DNA of 64,000 nucleotides from an uncultured Nitrospiraceae bacterium (GTDB taxonomy: Bacteria; Nitrospirota; Nitrospiria; Nitrospirales; Nitrospiraceae). Location of the stretch: assembly GCA_963846575.1 (NCBI GenBank), contig CAWJWJ010000002.1:2016001-2080000 (forward strand), written 5' to 3'. Below, piece by piece: positions 51,099 to 60,603 of the stretch. The notes below the pieces were generated by a model. That model ran no database searches. It was not told the origin of the DNA and saw only the letters and a program-made list of their open reading frames with translations. Each line of letters begins with the position of its first letter. Positions within the stretch are counted from its first letter, which is position 1. The position numbers and the translations under genes are program-made.

Positions 51099-51332
51099 GT
51101 GTGCGTGACGCTTGATGCAGTCTCGTTTCAGCAGATCAGCAGAATCCTTGATGTGACCGATGCCTTGGGCCTGGATCGCGAGTGGGTTGAAATTCCGCTC
51201 TCGCCGGAAAATCCCGGCATAGTCCGCAAACTCCCCAACGGCAAACTCGAAATCGTCGTCGATGCCGAGCAACCGTTCGATCAGTGGCTCGGCACCCTCG
51301 AACAACTCATTCGACGTGTGCAGGCAACCTGA
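51099..51332 (+). CDS. Small hypothetical protein (start may be GTG 51105)
   Basis: GAGAGG RBS; protein-like composition; co-oriented with neighbours. Confidence 0.65.
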   Translation: MCVTLDAVSFQQISRILDVTDALGLDREWVEIPLSPENPGIVRKLPNGKLEIVVDAEQPFDQWLGTLEQLIRRVQAT

Positions 51333-51358
51333 CACGTTCTAGGACATAGCTATTATCC

Positions 51359-52165
51359 ATGGAACCACAATTGGCTGATTCCTCCCCTCAGTCTTCATCC
51401 GGACTGCCCTCTTCCGAAGAACTGAAGGCTGAGTTGCTGGACATTCCCGAACCTCCTGAGATGCCCCCGGCGGTGACCCCGCCCGGTTACGACGACGCCC
51501 TGGCCGTGGCGGTCAAATACGTACGTGCGAAACGCGGCGGGGACTTAGTCGGTATCATCCTGGTGGGCTCAGGGGCTCGGCGCGCCGTCACTCCCCATAG
51601 CGACATCGATCTGATCGTCCTCGTCAAGGGACCGGCAGACGGACAGGAAATGATCCGCGTCGGCGAGCGGCTGGTCGACATTCGTTACGGAGAACACAAG
51701 ACCGTCGCCGATGATCTCGACTTTGCGCCCCGTCTGGCTCCCCTGCTTCGCAAGGGACGTATTTTGTACGATCATGAGGAGGTTGCTGCGCAGATCATTG
51801 CAAAGGCCTCGCAACGGTTCCGCCAAGGGCCCCCGGCAGCAAGTCTTCACGAAAGGATCCGGCTGAAGGCCGACTGTCTCCACTGGTTGGGAAAAGTCGA
51901 AGACCTCCGGGATAAACCCAGTACCGCACAATACCTCCTGGAAATCTTTTTCCAGGACTGTCTCGCGGCCTTCTTTCGAACGCGCGGGCTGTGGCTTACC
52001 GCCCCGGTCGATACCCTGCGATTCCTGGCCTCGCGCGATCCGGCGCTTGCCGAGTTGGCCAGCCAGTTTCTGAGTGCGCCCACCCTCCACGAACGACTGA
52101 CGTGCGGCCGGCGGTTCGCCGACGCACTGTTTCGCGACATCCCGCTTCCGCCCCGCGTGGATTAG
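51359..52165 (+). CDS. Pol-beta-like nucleotidyltransferase domain plus helical C-terminal domain
   Basis: IILVGSGAR....HSDIDL, LVDI, ILYD. Confidence 0.8.
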   Translation: MEPQLADSSPQSSSGLPSSEELKAELLDIPEPPEMPPAVTPPGYDDALAVAVKYVRAKRGGDLVGIILVGSGARRAVTPHSDIDLIVLVKGPADGQEMIRVGERLVDIRYGEHKTVADDLDFAPRLAPLLRKGRILYDHEEVAAQIIAKASQRFRQGPPAASLHERIRLKADCLHWLGKVEDLRDKPSTAQYLLEIFFQDCLAAFFRTRGLWLTAPVDTLRFLASRDPALAELASQFLSAPTLHERLTCGRRFADALFRDIPLPPRVD

Positions 52166-52327
52166 CGGGCGCCCGGCCGGCGTCGTTGACGGTCAAACGT
52201 GCGCATCCGTTTGTGTTCGAGCGCCCGCGTGGTACCATCGCCTGAGATGCAGGCGAACATTCACGGGCGGTAGCCTTGAGACTAGCCAGCCGGACTTCCT
52301 ACACGCACGATCAAGAGAGGCTCAACT

Positions 52328-53221
52328 ATGGAACTCGGATTTGTCGGACTCGGCAAGATGGGGATGAACATGGTGACGCGTCTGCAACAGGGCCGACATC
52401 GCGTCGTGGCCTACGACCGTGTTCCCGATGTGGTGAAGCAGGCTGAGAGCAAGGGCTGTGTCGGCGCGTCGTCGCTGAGCGATCTCGTTTCCAAACTGGC
52501 CGCACCTCGAGCCGTCTGGATCATGGTGCCCTCGGGGGCTCCGACCGAAGAAACCGTCCAGGCCATTGCCGCCTTACTCCAGCCGGGCGATACGATCATC
52601 GACGGGGGCAATACCCGTTTCCATGACGATACACGCCGTGCCGCCGAGCTGAAGAAAAAGGGCATCCATTACGTGGACGTCGGAACCAGCGGTGGCGTAT
52701 GGGGACTGACGGTGGGCTACTGCCTGATGGTCGGCGGTGAGAATGAACCGGTCCAGCGACTGACTCCCATCTTTCAAACCCTGGCCCCGGAACAGGGATG
52801 GGCGCATCTGGGGGCGCACGGAGCCGGGCACTATGTCAAAATGGTACACAACGGCATCGAATACAGCATGATGCAGGGATATGCCGAGGGATTTGAGCTC
52901 ATGGCGAAAAGCGAGTACGGCCTCGACCTGGGCAGGATCGCCGACGTCTGGATGCATGGCAGCGTCGTGCGCTCCTGGCTGCTGGAACTGGCCGTCGGCG
53001 CCTTGAAACAAGACCCTAAACTCGACAAGCTCAAAGGCTATGTGCAGGATTCCGGAGAGGGACGCTGGATGATTCAAGACGCGATCGACAAAGACGTGCC
53101 GGTTCCAACCCTCACCGCGGCGCTCTTCACCAGGTTTCGGTCTCGGCAGGAAGAGTCCTTCGCTGAAAAAATGCTGGCAGCCTTGCGTAACGCCTTCGGT
53201 GGACACAGCGTCAAGCGCTGA
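52328..53221 (+). CDS. gnd: 6-phosphogluconate dehydrogenase (short NAD-type)
   Basis: GLGKMG, IDGGN, GTSGG, KMVHNGIEY, DSGEGRW, RNAFGGH. Confidence 0.95.
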   Translation: MELGFVGLGKMGMNMVTRLQQGRHRVVAYDRVPDVVKQAESKGCVGASSLSDLVSKLAAPRAVWIMVPSGAPTEETVQAIAALLQPGDTIIDGGNTRFHDDTRRAAELKKKGIHYVDVGTSGGVWGLTVGYCLMVGGENEPVQRLTPIFQTLAPEQGWAHLGAHGAGHYVKMVHNGIEYSMMQGYAEGFELMAKSEYGLDLGRIADVWMHGSVVRSWLLELAVGALKQDPKLDKLKGYVQDSGEGRWMIQDAIDKDVPVPTLTAALFTRFRSRQEESFAEKMLAALRNAFGGHSVKR

Positions 53222-53247
53222 GATCTCAACCACGGGGAACCCAAGTC

Positions 53248-54792
53248 ATGTCTTCTCCCACGACTCCTGTCGACATCAAACCCCTCCCCGAGATTGTGCG
53301 CCCCGTCGAGGCCTGCACCCTGGTCATTTTCGGCGGCTCCGGGGACCTCGCGAGGCGTCGTCTGATCCCTGCCCTCTACAATTTACTTCTGGATGGATTG
53401 TTGCCAAGCAAATACGCCGTGATCGGGCTGGGCCGCAAACCGATGAACGATGCGGAATTCCGCAATCTCGTGCGTGAAGGAGTGATCGCGCATTCGCGCC
53501 AGGCCCTGGCGCAGGAGACCTGGCAGGAGTTCGAACGGCACTTGTTCTATATCCAAGGCGAAAATGAATCCCCTCGAACCTACAGCGCGCTCCGTGCCAA
53601 GGCCGAGGAGGTCGAGCGAACCCTGAATCTTCCCGGCAATCGTATTTTTTATCTCAGCATTCCGCCGAGCTCATTTGCGTCCGTCTGCGAAGGATTAGCC
53701 CAAGCGGAGCTGGCCACCCCGCCCTCCGCCGGCACCCCCTACGCGCGCATTATCGTGGAGAAACCGGTCGGTCGCGATCTGGCCACCGCGCAAGAAATCA
53801 ACGAAATCACGGGCAGGGTCTTTGATGAATCTCAGATTTTTCGCATCGACCATTACCTGGGCAAAGAGACGGTCCAGAACCTCATGGTGGTCCGCTTCGC
53901 CAACAGCATTTTCGAGCCGATCTGGAATCATAAATACATCGATCATGTCCAAATCACCGTCAGCGAAAGCGAAGGCGTCGGCACGAGATCCAGCTATTAT
54001 GAGGAAGCGGGGGCGTTGCGCGACATGGTGCAGAATCATCTGCTGCAACTGCTCTGCCTCGTCGCGATGGAACCGCCCTACTCGCTCGATCCCGACGTCG
54101 TCCGCAATGCCAAAATGGAGGTGCTGCGCTGTCTCCGACCGATTGTCGGCAAAGACGTGGAGGAATGCACGGTCCGGGCGCAATACGCGGAAGGCACCGC
54201 CCATGACGGACCGACTCCGGGCTATCGCCGGGACAAGGGCGTCAAACCGAACTCCACCACGGAAACTTTTGTAGCGGTCAAAGCCTTCGTCGAAAACTGG
54301 CGCTGGTCCGGCGTGCCGTTTTACCTCCGCACAGGCAAGGCCTTGCCCAAACGAGCCAGTGAAGTGGCCGTCCAGTTCAAGGACATTCCGCAAATTTTGT
54401 TCAATGCCGACCATCTGCATCCCCAACCGGCCAATGTCCTTGCCTTGCGGATCCAGCCGGACGAGGGGCTCTCACTGCGCATCGTCTCGCGCGTCCCCGG
54501 TACCCGCGCACAAACCCATCCGGTCGAAATGGATTTTCAGTACTGCGAGGTGTTCGGACGCCCCTCTCCGGAAGCGTACGAACGGTTATTGCTCGATGTC
54601 ATGACCGGCGACGCGTCCCGCTTCATGCGCCGGGATGCGGTGGAGGCATCCTGGGCCTGGGTGACCAACATTCTGGAGGGATGGGCCCAGCAGAATTTGC
54701 GCGGGCTGCCCGAGTACCCCGCCGGAACCTGGGGCCCGATGGAAGCCGAGCGGCTGATTCAAAATGACGGCCGCACCTGGCGAGAGCTCTAA
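53248..54792 (+). CDS. zwf: Glucose-6-phosphate 1-dehydrogenase
   Basis: GGSGDLA, EKPVG, RIDHYLGKE, RDMVQNH, WSGVPFYLRTGK. Confidence 0.97.
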   Translation: MSSPTTPVDIKPLPEIVRPVEACTLVIFGGSGDLARRRLIPALYNLLLDGLLPSKYAVIGLGRKPMNDAEFRNLVREGVIAHSRQALAQETWQEFERHLFYIQGENESPRTYSALRAKAEEVERTLNLPGNRIFYLSIPPSSFASVCEGLAQAELATPPSAGTPYARIIVEKPVGRDLATAQEINEITGRVFDESQIFRIDHYLGKETVQNLMVVRFANSIFEPIWNHKYIDHVQITVSESEGVGTRSSYYEEAGALRDMVQNHLLQLLCLVAMEPPYSLDPDVVRNAKMEVLRCLRPIVGKDVEECTVRAQYAEGTAHDGPTPGYRRDKGVKPNSTTETFVAVKAFVENWRWSGVPFYLRTGKALPKRASEVAVQFKDIPQILFNADHLHPQPANVLALRIQPDEGLSLRIVSRVPGTRAQTHPVEMDFQYCEVFGRPSPEAYERLLLDVMTGDASRFMRRDAVEASWAWVTNILEGWAQQNLRGLPEYPAGTWGPMEAERLIQNDGRTWREL

Positions 54793-55106
54793 TCAGCGAG
54801 GGACAACTGCTGCCGAATTTCGTCTTTCCTCCCGATGCCCCCGATAAACCGCACGAATGATCCTCGTTCGAAAAGCGCCAAGGCAGGCAGCGAACTGATC
54901 TCGAGTTCAGCAGGAATTTGAAAATTCTCCTGCACGTTCATCTTCAGGATCGTCACCTGCGGCCCTACCTCGTGCTGCAACTGCTCGAGCTGCGACAGGA
55001 GTGCCATGCAGTGCCCACAACCCGGCTGCCAGAATTCGACCAAGACCGGCATCGCAGCCTGCTCGACCATCCGTGCAAAATCACGATCGGTGACGTCTCC
55101 GATCAT
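54789..55106 (-). CDS. Thioredoxin-family protein
   Basis: VLVEFWQPGCGHC, SLP cis-Pro motif. Confidence 0.88.
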   Translation of the reverse strand: MIGDVTDRDFARMVEQAAMPVLVEFWQPGCGHCMALLSQLEQLQHEVGPQVTILKMNVQENFQIPAELEISSLPALALFERGSFVRFIGGIGRKDEIRQQLSLAD

Positions 55107-55774
55107 GACCGGACCTGGCTGGAGGCTATCAGGCGGGCAATCGACCCGGGAGCGGAAAACAATTGTTCGTAGAGCAGCCGGCCGAAGAGGTGATAACCGG
55201 TGGCCGTCAGGTGGAGACCGTCATTCGAATAAGGCTCTCCCAGCATGAGGGAGTCCGGTTCGGCTGTCGCCCCGAACAGGTCGAAATAAGACAGGCCCTT
55301 TCTCCCGGCATAGTCTGCGATCAACCCGTTCAGGATCTGCCGTCGCTGGATGTGCGTCGCCAGCCAGGAGGCCGCCTCGGGATTGTCACGGCCGACCTCC
55401 ACACGAATGGACGGCACAGTCACAGGGACAGGGGTAATCGAGGCGGCCCTTGCCAGCTCAAACATCTTGGTAAGATTCCGCATGATCTCCTGGGGATCCG
55501 CGTTCCATCCCAGGTCATTGGTCCCTCCCAGTATAATCACAATCTGAGGATGACGATGCAGCACAGCGTCACGGAACCGCAGGACCATCTCGCCGGTCAC
55601 TTCGCCACAGACTCCGCTGATCTCCACACGGGCTCGACGACCCAGCTTCTCCTGTAATACCTGCCCGTAGGGAAGATCCTCCGCATGGGGATGGGCGGGA
55701 TCGGGTGTTTGATAGCCGGCCGTGAGACTGTCGCCAAAACAAAGAATGAGGGGCGTACTCTGCACATTCTCCAT
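55103..55774 (-). CDS. SGNH/GDSL lipase-esterase
   Basis: FGDSLTAG, GVCGE, GGTND, DGLH. Confidence 0.92.
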   Translation of the reverse strand: MENVQSTPLILCFGDSLTAGYQTPDPAHPHAEDLPYGQVLQEKLGRRARVEISGVCGEVTGEMVLRFRDAVLHRHPQIVIILGGTNDLGWNADPQEIMRNLTKMFELARAASITPVPVTVPSIRVEVGRDNPEAASWLATHIQRRQILNGLIADYAGRKGLSYFDLFGATAEPDSLMLGEPYSNDGLHLTATGYHLFGRLLYEQLFSAPGSIARLIASSQVRS

Positions 55775-55928
55775 ACCCCGAATTCTAACCTCCCGGATGA
55801 CACCGTGCAATTGGATGGCCTTCAACCATGCACTGCAACCGGCCACGAACAGGCGGCAGATGAACCGGAGCTGCGCGGAGCGGCTATTTCCTTGACGAAT
55901 GAGGAACCTCAGGGTAGGACTGAACCAT

Positions 55929-57791
55929 ATGGACGCTCCGAAGCGCATCGAGCGCGAAAATCCGCCCGGACCCTTTGCAAAAGAAGGCAGCGATCCTGAA
56001 GTCACTGCAGTCAAGCAGTTGCTCAAACTGCTGGACAGGGCGGCCAGGTCAGCCCGGACCTACGGCACACAGAATGCCGTCGCCCAGCGATTTTTCAAGC
56101 AGTTTTACGACCAATTGACGCGTCATCTCTCGCGTCATACCCAACTCGTTTTGTTAGTCCAACGCAATCAACTCCTGCTCAAAGATCAGGTTGTGTACGA
56201 ACCGGAGCGGGATGCGTCCGGGGAGAGTTTCGCCTTCAAAATGTATTCGGACGGAATTCGCGAAATAACCTTCCACCAAGAGCTGACCGAAGCCGAGCTC
56301 TCATTTTTTCTGTGTGCCTTGTGGGGAGTCCCCTCCAGCGAAACAGCATCGGAGGAAGAAGCCACCATTGAAGATGACGACGATATCGTCACTCGCCTGT
56401 GGGGAAAGGACATTTCCACCATCTCGCTGGTGACGGCGGAAGAACTGGTGCGGTCCTCGGGCTTCGGCACTGCCGAATTTGAGCTGCAGACCGAAGGGTA
56501 TATGAATCAGCCGGTGACGTCCTTGCGGGAAATCCTTGACCGCGAGCGCGCCGCACAGTCCCAGGCCGATGGGCGCCCCGAGGGTGAAGAAGGTCACGAG
56601 GACAATGGCGCGTCGAACGGAGCCGCCGAATCCGCCCCGGCAAGAAACCCGCGCTTGCAAGCCGGCGTCGTCGGATATGAGGTGTCCCGGGCCGAACTCG
56701 AGGCGTTGAGCCAGGAAATCAAGACAGAATCCTCGCGCGATGCCGTGCAGTACATTCTCAATATTTTCACAGCCGTTCTGGCGTCAGAGCAGTCTCCGGC
56801 TCTCCTGACCAAACTTTTCGAGGTGTGGGACGGCGTCCTGGATGCGCTCCTTTCCAACGGCCAATGGACGATGCTCGAAACGGTGATGACACTGCTTCAA
56901 GAGACCGAGGAAGTTCGACCGGACCTGTCGGAAAGCCACAAGCAGCAGGTCGCGGGGCTCTTCGCCGGGTTGGCACGCCCCGATCGCTTGAAAAGTATCG
57001 GGACCCACCTGAACCGGACGCCCCATGCCAAGACCGAGGGGCTTCTCACGATCCTCCTCATGATGACCAAAGATGCGGTCCCGGGAGTATGCTCCCTCCT
57101 GGCTGCTTTGGAGGGACCTGAGCACCAGGCGGTCGTCATGGAAGCCTTGCAGACCATTGCAAAGGACAATGCCGACCCGGTGGTGCGGGGGTTGACCGAC
57201 AAACGACCGCTGTACGTGAAAAACCTGCTCACACTGATCGGTCGTTGGCGCGACGCTCGCCTTGCCGATCCTGTCGAAAAGGCCGTTCGGCACCCGGACG
57301 CAACCGTGCGACGCCATGCCCTTCGTCTACTGGCGACATTCCGCCCGTCCGGCAACGGGAACAAGTTCGTGGGCTTGCTGAGCGATGCAGACGAAACAGT
57401 GCGTCTGACAGCCATGAAGATACTTGCCAACGGGCAGTTTCAGGCTCCCTTTGCTCTGTGGGCGCCCTTCATCAGGGCGGAGGATTTTCACAACCGCTCC
57501 TCCGCGGAGAAGCGAGCCATCTACCTTGCGATGAAACAGACCGCCGCAGAAGAGGCCATTCCGTACTGGCAGGGATTGTTGACCGAATGGTGCTGGACCA
57601 ATCGAAAGAAGAAGGAAGAGCTGGCACTACTGGCCGCGGATATACTCGGCAGGTTGGCCACCCCGGCGGCCATGGCGGCACTGGAAGTCGGTCAAAAAAA
57701 AGGCAGCGCGGTCATTCGAGAGGCCTGCGCCACTGCGCTGTCGATCGCCAACCGCCAGCAGCAGACCTTGCCTCAGGCGGCTAATTCCTGA
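55929..57791 (+). CDS. HEAT-repeat protein
   Basis: C-terminal repeats HPDATVRRHAL, DADETVRLTA, VIREAC; N-terminal domain similar to that of the next gene. Confidence 0.85.
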   Translation: MDAPKRIERENPPGPFAKEGSDPEVTAVKQLLKLLDRAARSARTYGTQNAVAQRFFKQFYDQLTRHLSRHTQLVLLVQRNQLLLKDQVVYEPERDASGESFAFKMYSDGIREITFHQELTEAELSFFLCALWGVPSSETASEEEATIEDDDDIVTRLWGKDISTISLVTAEELVRSSGFGTAEFELQTEGYMNQPVTSLREILDRERAAQSQADGRPEGEEGHEDNGASNGAAESAPARNPRLQAGVVGYEVSRAELEALSQEIKTESSRDAVQYILNIFTAVLASEQSPALLTKLFEVWDGVLDALLSNGQWTMLETVMTLLQETEEVRPDLSESHKQQVAGLFAGLARPDRLKSIGTHLNRTPHAKTEGLLTILLMMTKDAVPGVCSLLAALEGPEHQAVVMEALQTIAKDNADPVVRGLTDKRPLYVKNLLTLIGRWRDARLADPVEKAVRHPDATVRRHALRLLATFRPSGNGNKFVGLLSDADETVRLTAMKILANGQFQAPFALWAPFIRAEDFHNRSSAEKRAIYLAMKQTAAEEAIPYWQGLLTEWCWTNRKKKEELALLAADILGRLATPAAMAALEVGQKKGSAVIREACATALSIANRQQQTLPQAANS

Positions 57792-57810
57792 TTGTCAGGA
57801 GAACAGCACC

Positions 57811-59406
57811 GTGAGCGATTCTCCCTCTCGTCCCTCCCCTACTCCCCACGCGGATGCGGTGCATCCGATCTTGACTCATGAGCGATCGCTCGCCAATAAA
57901 ATCGCCAAAGGGTCGGAGGCGGGCGACATCCTGGACCAGCAGATGGCCATGCTGGGCATTCAACTGGTATCCCAGTTGAACGTGCTGATTAAAACATCAC
58001 GCATTCATGGACGCACGAATGCGGCGCTCGATCACCCGGTCGATTCGATGCTGACTTTGGTCAAGACACTGGCTGCGGATCGCCCGGTGGTGGTGCGATT
58101 GCAGAATGACTTTTTGTTTCTCGGTGACAACCACCTGAAGATGAATGCACAGCAGATGACCGTCTTTGGAAGCATTATCGAGGCGCTGAATAAATGGCGC
58201 GTGGGCAGCGTGTCCTTTACCTCGACCACCGGAGCAAGAGACCTGCGCGAGTTTGCCTACCTCTTCGTCAGCCTTGACCCGGAAAAGCTGACACTCGCCG
58301 ATCTGCAGGAGGCGATGACCACCGCGAACGTCAAGGGCATCGAATTGGAAGAACCCCGCGTCCTTTCTCTCCACCTTGACCCGGGTCAGTCGGCAGGCGG
58401 CAGCCTCATGTCCGACGCAGGGACATCATCCAGCGGCTCGGAAGACCCCAAACAAAGAGCCAAAGCAAGAGCCAAGGGCGGATACGCCAAGGCGGTCGCA
58501 GCCGTCGGGGATTTGGCCCAAAATACACGCGCCAGCGGACGAGTAACCTTCAAGCAGGCCAAACGCGCCATCCAAAATATCGTCGAGCTCATGATGCAGG
58601 ACGAATCCACGATCCTGGGACTCACCAACCTGCGGAGCCATGACCAATATACGCACAACCATTCCGTGAATGTAGCGCTCCTCGCCATGGCGTTGGGTAA
58701 TCGAGCCGGATATCCCAAACTCGATCTCGCCGATCTCGGCTTATCGGCACTCTTCCATGATGTGGGCAAGTGCGCCATCTCGCTGGACCTGCTGAATAAG
58801 CCCGGAGAATTCACCCAGGAAGAGTGGACCATCATGCGTTCACATCCCACAGAAGGCGTCTTCACCCTCGTCAGATCCAGAGGCATTACTAAGGTCCCGG
58901 CCAGGATGGCGGCCGCCTCCTTCGAGCATCATATGAACTATGACTACTCCGGCTATCCCAAACTTCGCGTGCCCTGGACGCAGTCGGTCGGAAGCCGGAT
59001 CATCACCATTGCCGATTGCTACGATGCGATGACGTCCTCACGCGTGTATCGCCGGGAACCCATGTCGCCGTCGAACGTCCTCAAGTTCATGTTCAGCAAA
59101 AGCGGGCAGTCCTTTGATCCGGTGCTGTTAAAACTGTTCGTGAACTGCGTCGGCATAATTCCAATCGGCAGTCTGGTGCGACTCGACTCCGGGCCGCTGG
59201 CGGTAGTGTTGAAGCCGGCAGCAACCAGGGAGGACGCCGAACGTCCGACGGTAAAGGTGATTACGGATGTGACGGGCGCACCACTCGAAGAAGGACCCGA
59301 ACTCGACCTCACCGAACGGGATGACACCGGAGTCTACCGGCACAGCGTCGTTCAACTCGTAGACAACACCGAACACCACTTCAACACGAGCCGATATTTC
59401 GTCTAG
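57811..59406 (+). CDS. HD-GYP domain cyclic di-nucleotide phosphodiesterase
   Basis: YTHNHSVNV, HDVGK, HP, HH...GYP, IADCYDAMTS.R.Y. Confidence 0.92.
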   Translation: MSDSPSRPSPTPHADAVHPILTHERSLANKIAKGSEAGDILDQQMAMLGIQLVSQLNVLIKTSRIHGRTNAALDHPVDSMLTLVKTLAADRPVVVRLQNDFLFLGDNHLKMNAQQMTVFGSIIEALNKWRVGSVSFTSTTGARDLREFAYLFVSLDPEKLTLADLQEAMTTANVKGIELEEPRVLSLHLDPGQSAGGSLMSDAGTSSSGSEDPKQRAKARAKGGYAKAVAAVGDLAQNTRASGRVTFKQAKRAIQNIVELMMQDESTILGLTNLRSHDQYTHNHSVNVALLAMALGNRAGYPKLDLADLGLSALFHDVGKCAISLDLLNKPGEFTQEEWTIMRSHPTEGVFTLVRSRGITKVPARMAAASFEHHMNYDYSGYPKLRVPWTQSVGSRIITIADCYDAMTSSRVYRREPMSPSNVLKFMFSKSGQSFDPVLLKLFVNCVGIIPIGSLVRLDSGPLAVVLKPAATREDAERPTVKVITDVTGAPLEEGPELDLTERDDTGVYRHSVVQLVDNTEHHFNTSRYFV

Positions 59407-59438
59407 CTGCTCCGGCGGACTACCAGACGCTCTCTCAC

Positions 59439-59840
59439 CTAACGCTTGCTCTCCGGTGGCGGCCAATCCATTTCTGTTTGTCTGCCGCAGTAGAAGCAGG
59501 CGACCCGATACTTGGCCTTTCGACGGGGGTTAGGCATCGAGATAAAGACCACCGGGGTCTCATCGAACGGGCATACCGGTTGCTGATGCATGAGATGTTC
59601 GTCCGCCATCAATTCCAATGAGGCGTTATCCCAGGGTGGCGCAAGCTGTTCGAGGCCGGTGACTCTGGTCTTCCAGCCGCACCGTTCACATTGGGCGTCG
59701 AAGGTTTTGATGCGATCCCGCGTTTGTGACTGATCAATGATTTCGACCGGGCCCGGACAGCCGGCACGCTCACAGCTGATCGATTCATGCTGAAGTGCTT
59801 TGACAAACAGATGATGGGAATGCTGCTGATCCGAAAGCAT
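59439..59840 (-). CDS. Cys-rich putative zinc-binding protein
   Basis: CERAGC, CERC, CPFD, CFYC; AAGGAG RBS before MLSDQQ. Confidence 0.75.
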   Translation of the reverse strand: MLSDQQHSHHLFVKALQHESISCERAGCPGPVEIIDQSQTRDRIKTFDAQCERCGWKTRVTGLEQLAPPWDNASLELMADEHLMHQQPVCPFDETPVVFISMPNPRRKAKYRVACFYCGRQTEMDWPPPESKR

Positions 59841-59908
59841 CCTGAACTCCTTTCGCGCTGAACCCCGATGCACCACACTGACTATTGAATCCATCGCTCA
59901 CCTGCTGG

Positions 59909-59994
59909 CTTATAACCACCGTTCACCTCCCTGTCAAACCGTGCCGGGACCCGTTATGGTCCTCCTTGACACCCTTTCCCCGGGCGGCTATTCT
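59909..59994. promoter_or_regulatory. Back-to-back divergent sigma70 promoters
   Basis: Minus: TTGACA (59937-59932)-17 nt-TATAAG; plus: TTGACA (59966-59971)-17 nt-TATTCT. Confidence 0.7.
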
Positions 59995-60042
59995 CCCAAA
60001 GTTTCTGACAGCGACAATTTTTTCGGCGAAAGGAGTCCTGAG

Positions 60043-60600
60043 ATGGGTGTGAAGTGGCAAGGAGCAGGCCGGCTCGCGGCGATGGTCGGCGTTCTCGTCG
60101 CCGCGACCCTTGGCTTGTCCTCGACAAGCCCGGCAGCGGAATTCAAAATGGGAGTCATTGACCCCCAGGTGGTCCTGGAAAAGAGCAAGGCCGGCAAGCG
60201 AGCGTTAGACGGGTTGCGCGAGTATGTGGCCACACGGCAAAAGCTACTGTCCCGGGACGAAGAGGAGTTGCGCAACAGCGAAAAACAACTCAAGGAACAG
60301 GCCTCGAAACTGAGCGAGACCGAAAAGAAGGACAAGGAGACCTCGTTCCGCAGCAAGATTCAGGAATACCAGAAGCGAGCCCAGGAATTTAACCAGGAAC
60401 TGCAGGGCAAGCAAAAGGAACTCGTCGACGAGTACATGAAAAAGATTGCGGTGGCGACGCAGACGGTCGCGGATAAGGGCGGCTACCAGCTGGTGCTGGA
60501 CAAGGGCAGCGAACAGACCGTGAAAATCGTCATATTCAATAAGGACACGATCGATCTGACCGAACAGGTCATCAAGGAGTTTGATCGAACGAACAAATAG
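60043..60600 (+). CDS. skp: OmpH/Skp periplasmic chaperone
   Basis: Signal peptide, KMGVIDPQ.VL..S..GK, coiled coil, DLTEQVIK. Confidence 0.9.
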   Translation: MGVKWQGAGRLAAMVGVLVAATLGLSSTSPAAEFKMGVIDPQVVLEKSKAGKRALDGLREYVATRQKLLSRDEEELRNSEKQLKEQASKLSETEKKDKETSFRSKIQEYQKRAQEFNQELQGKQKELVDEYMKKIAVATQTVADKGGYQLVLDKGSEQTVKIVIFNKDTIDLTEQVIKEFDRTNK

Positions 60601-60603
60601 AAC

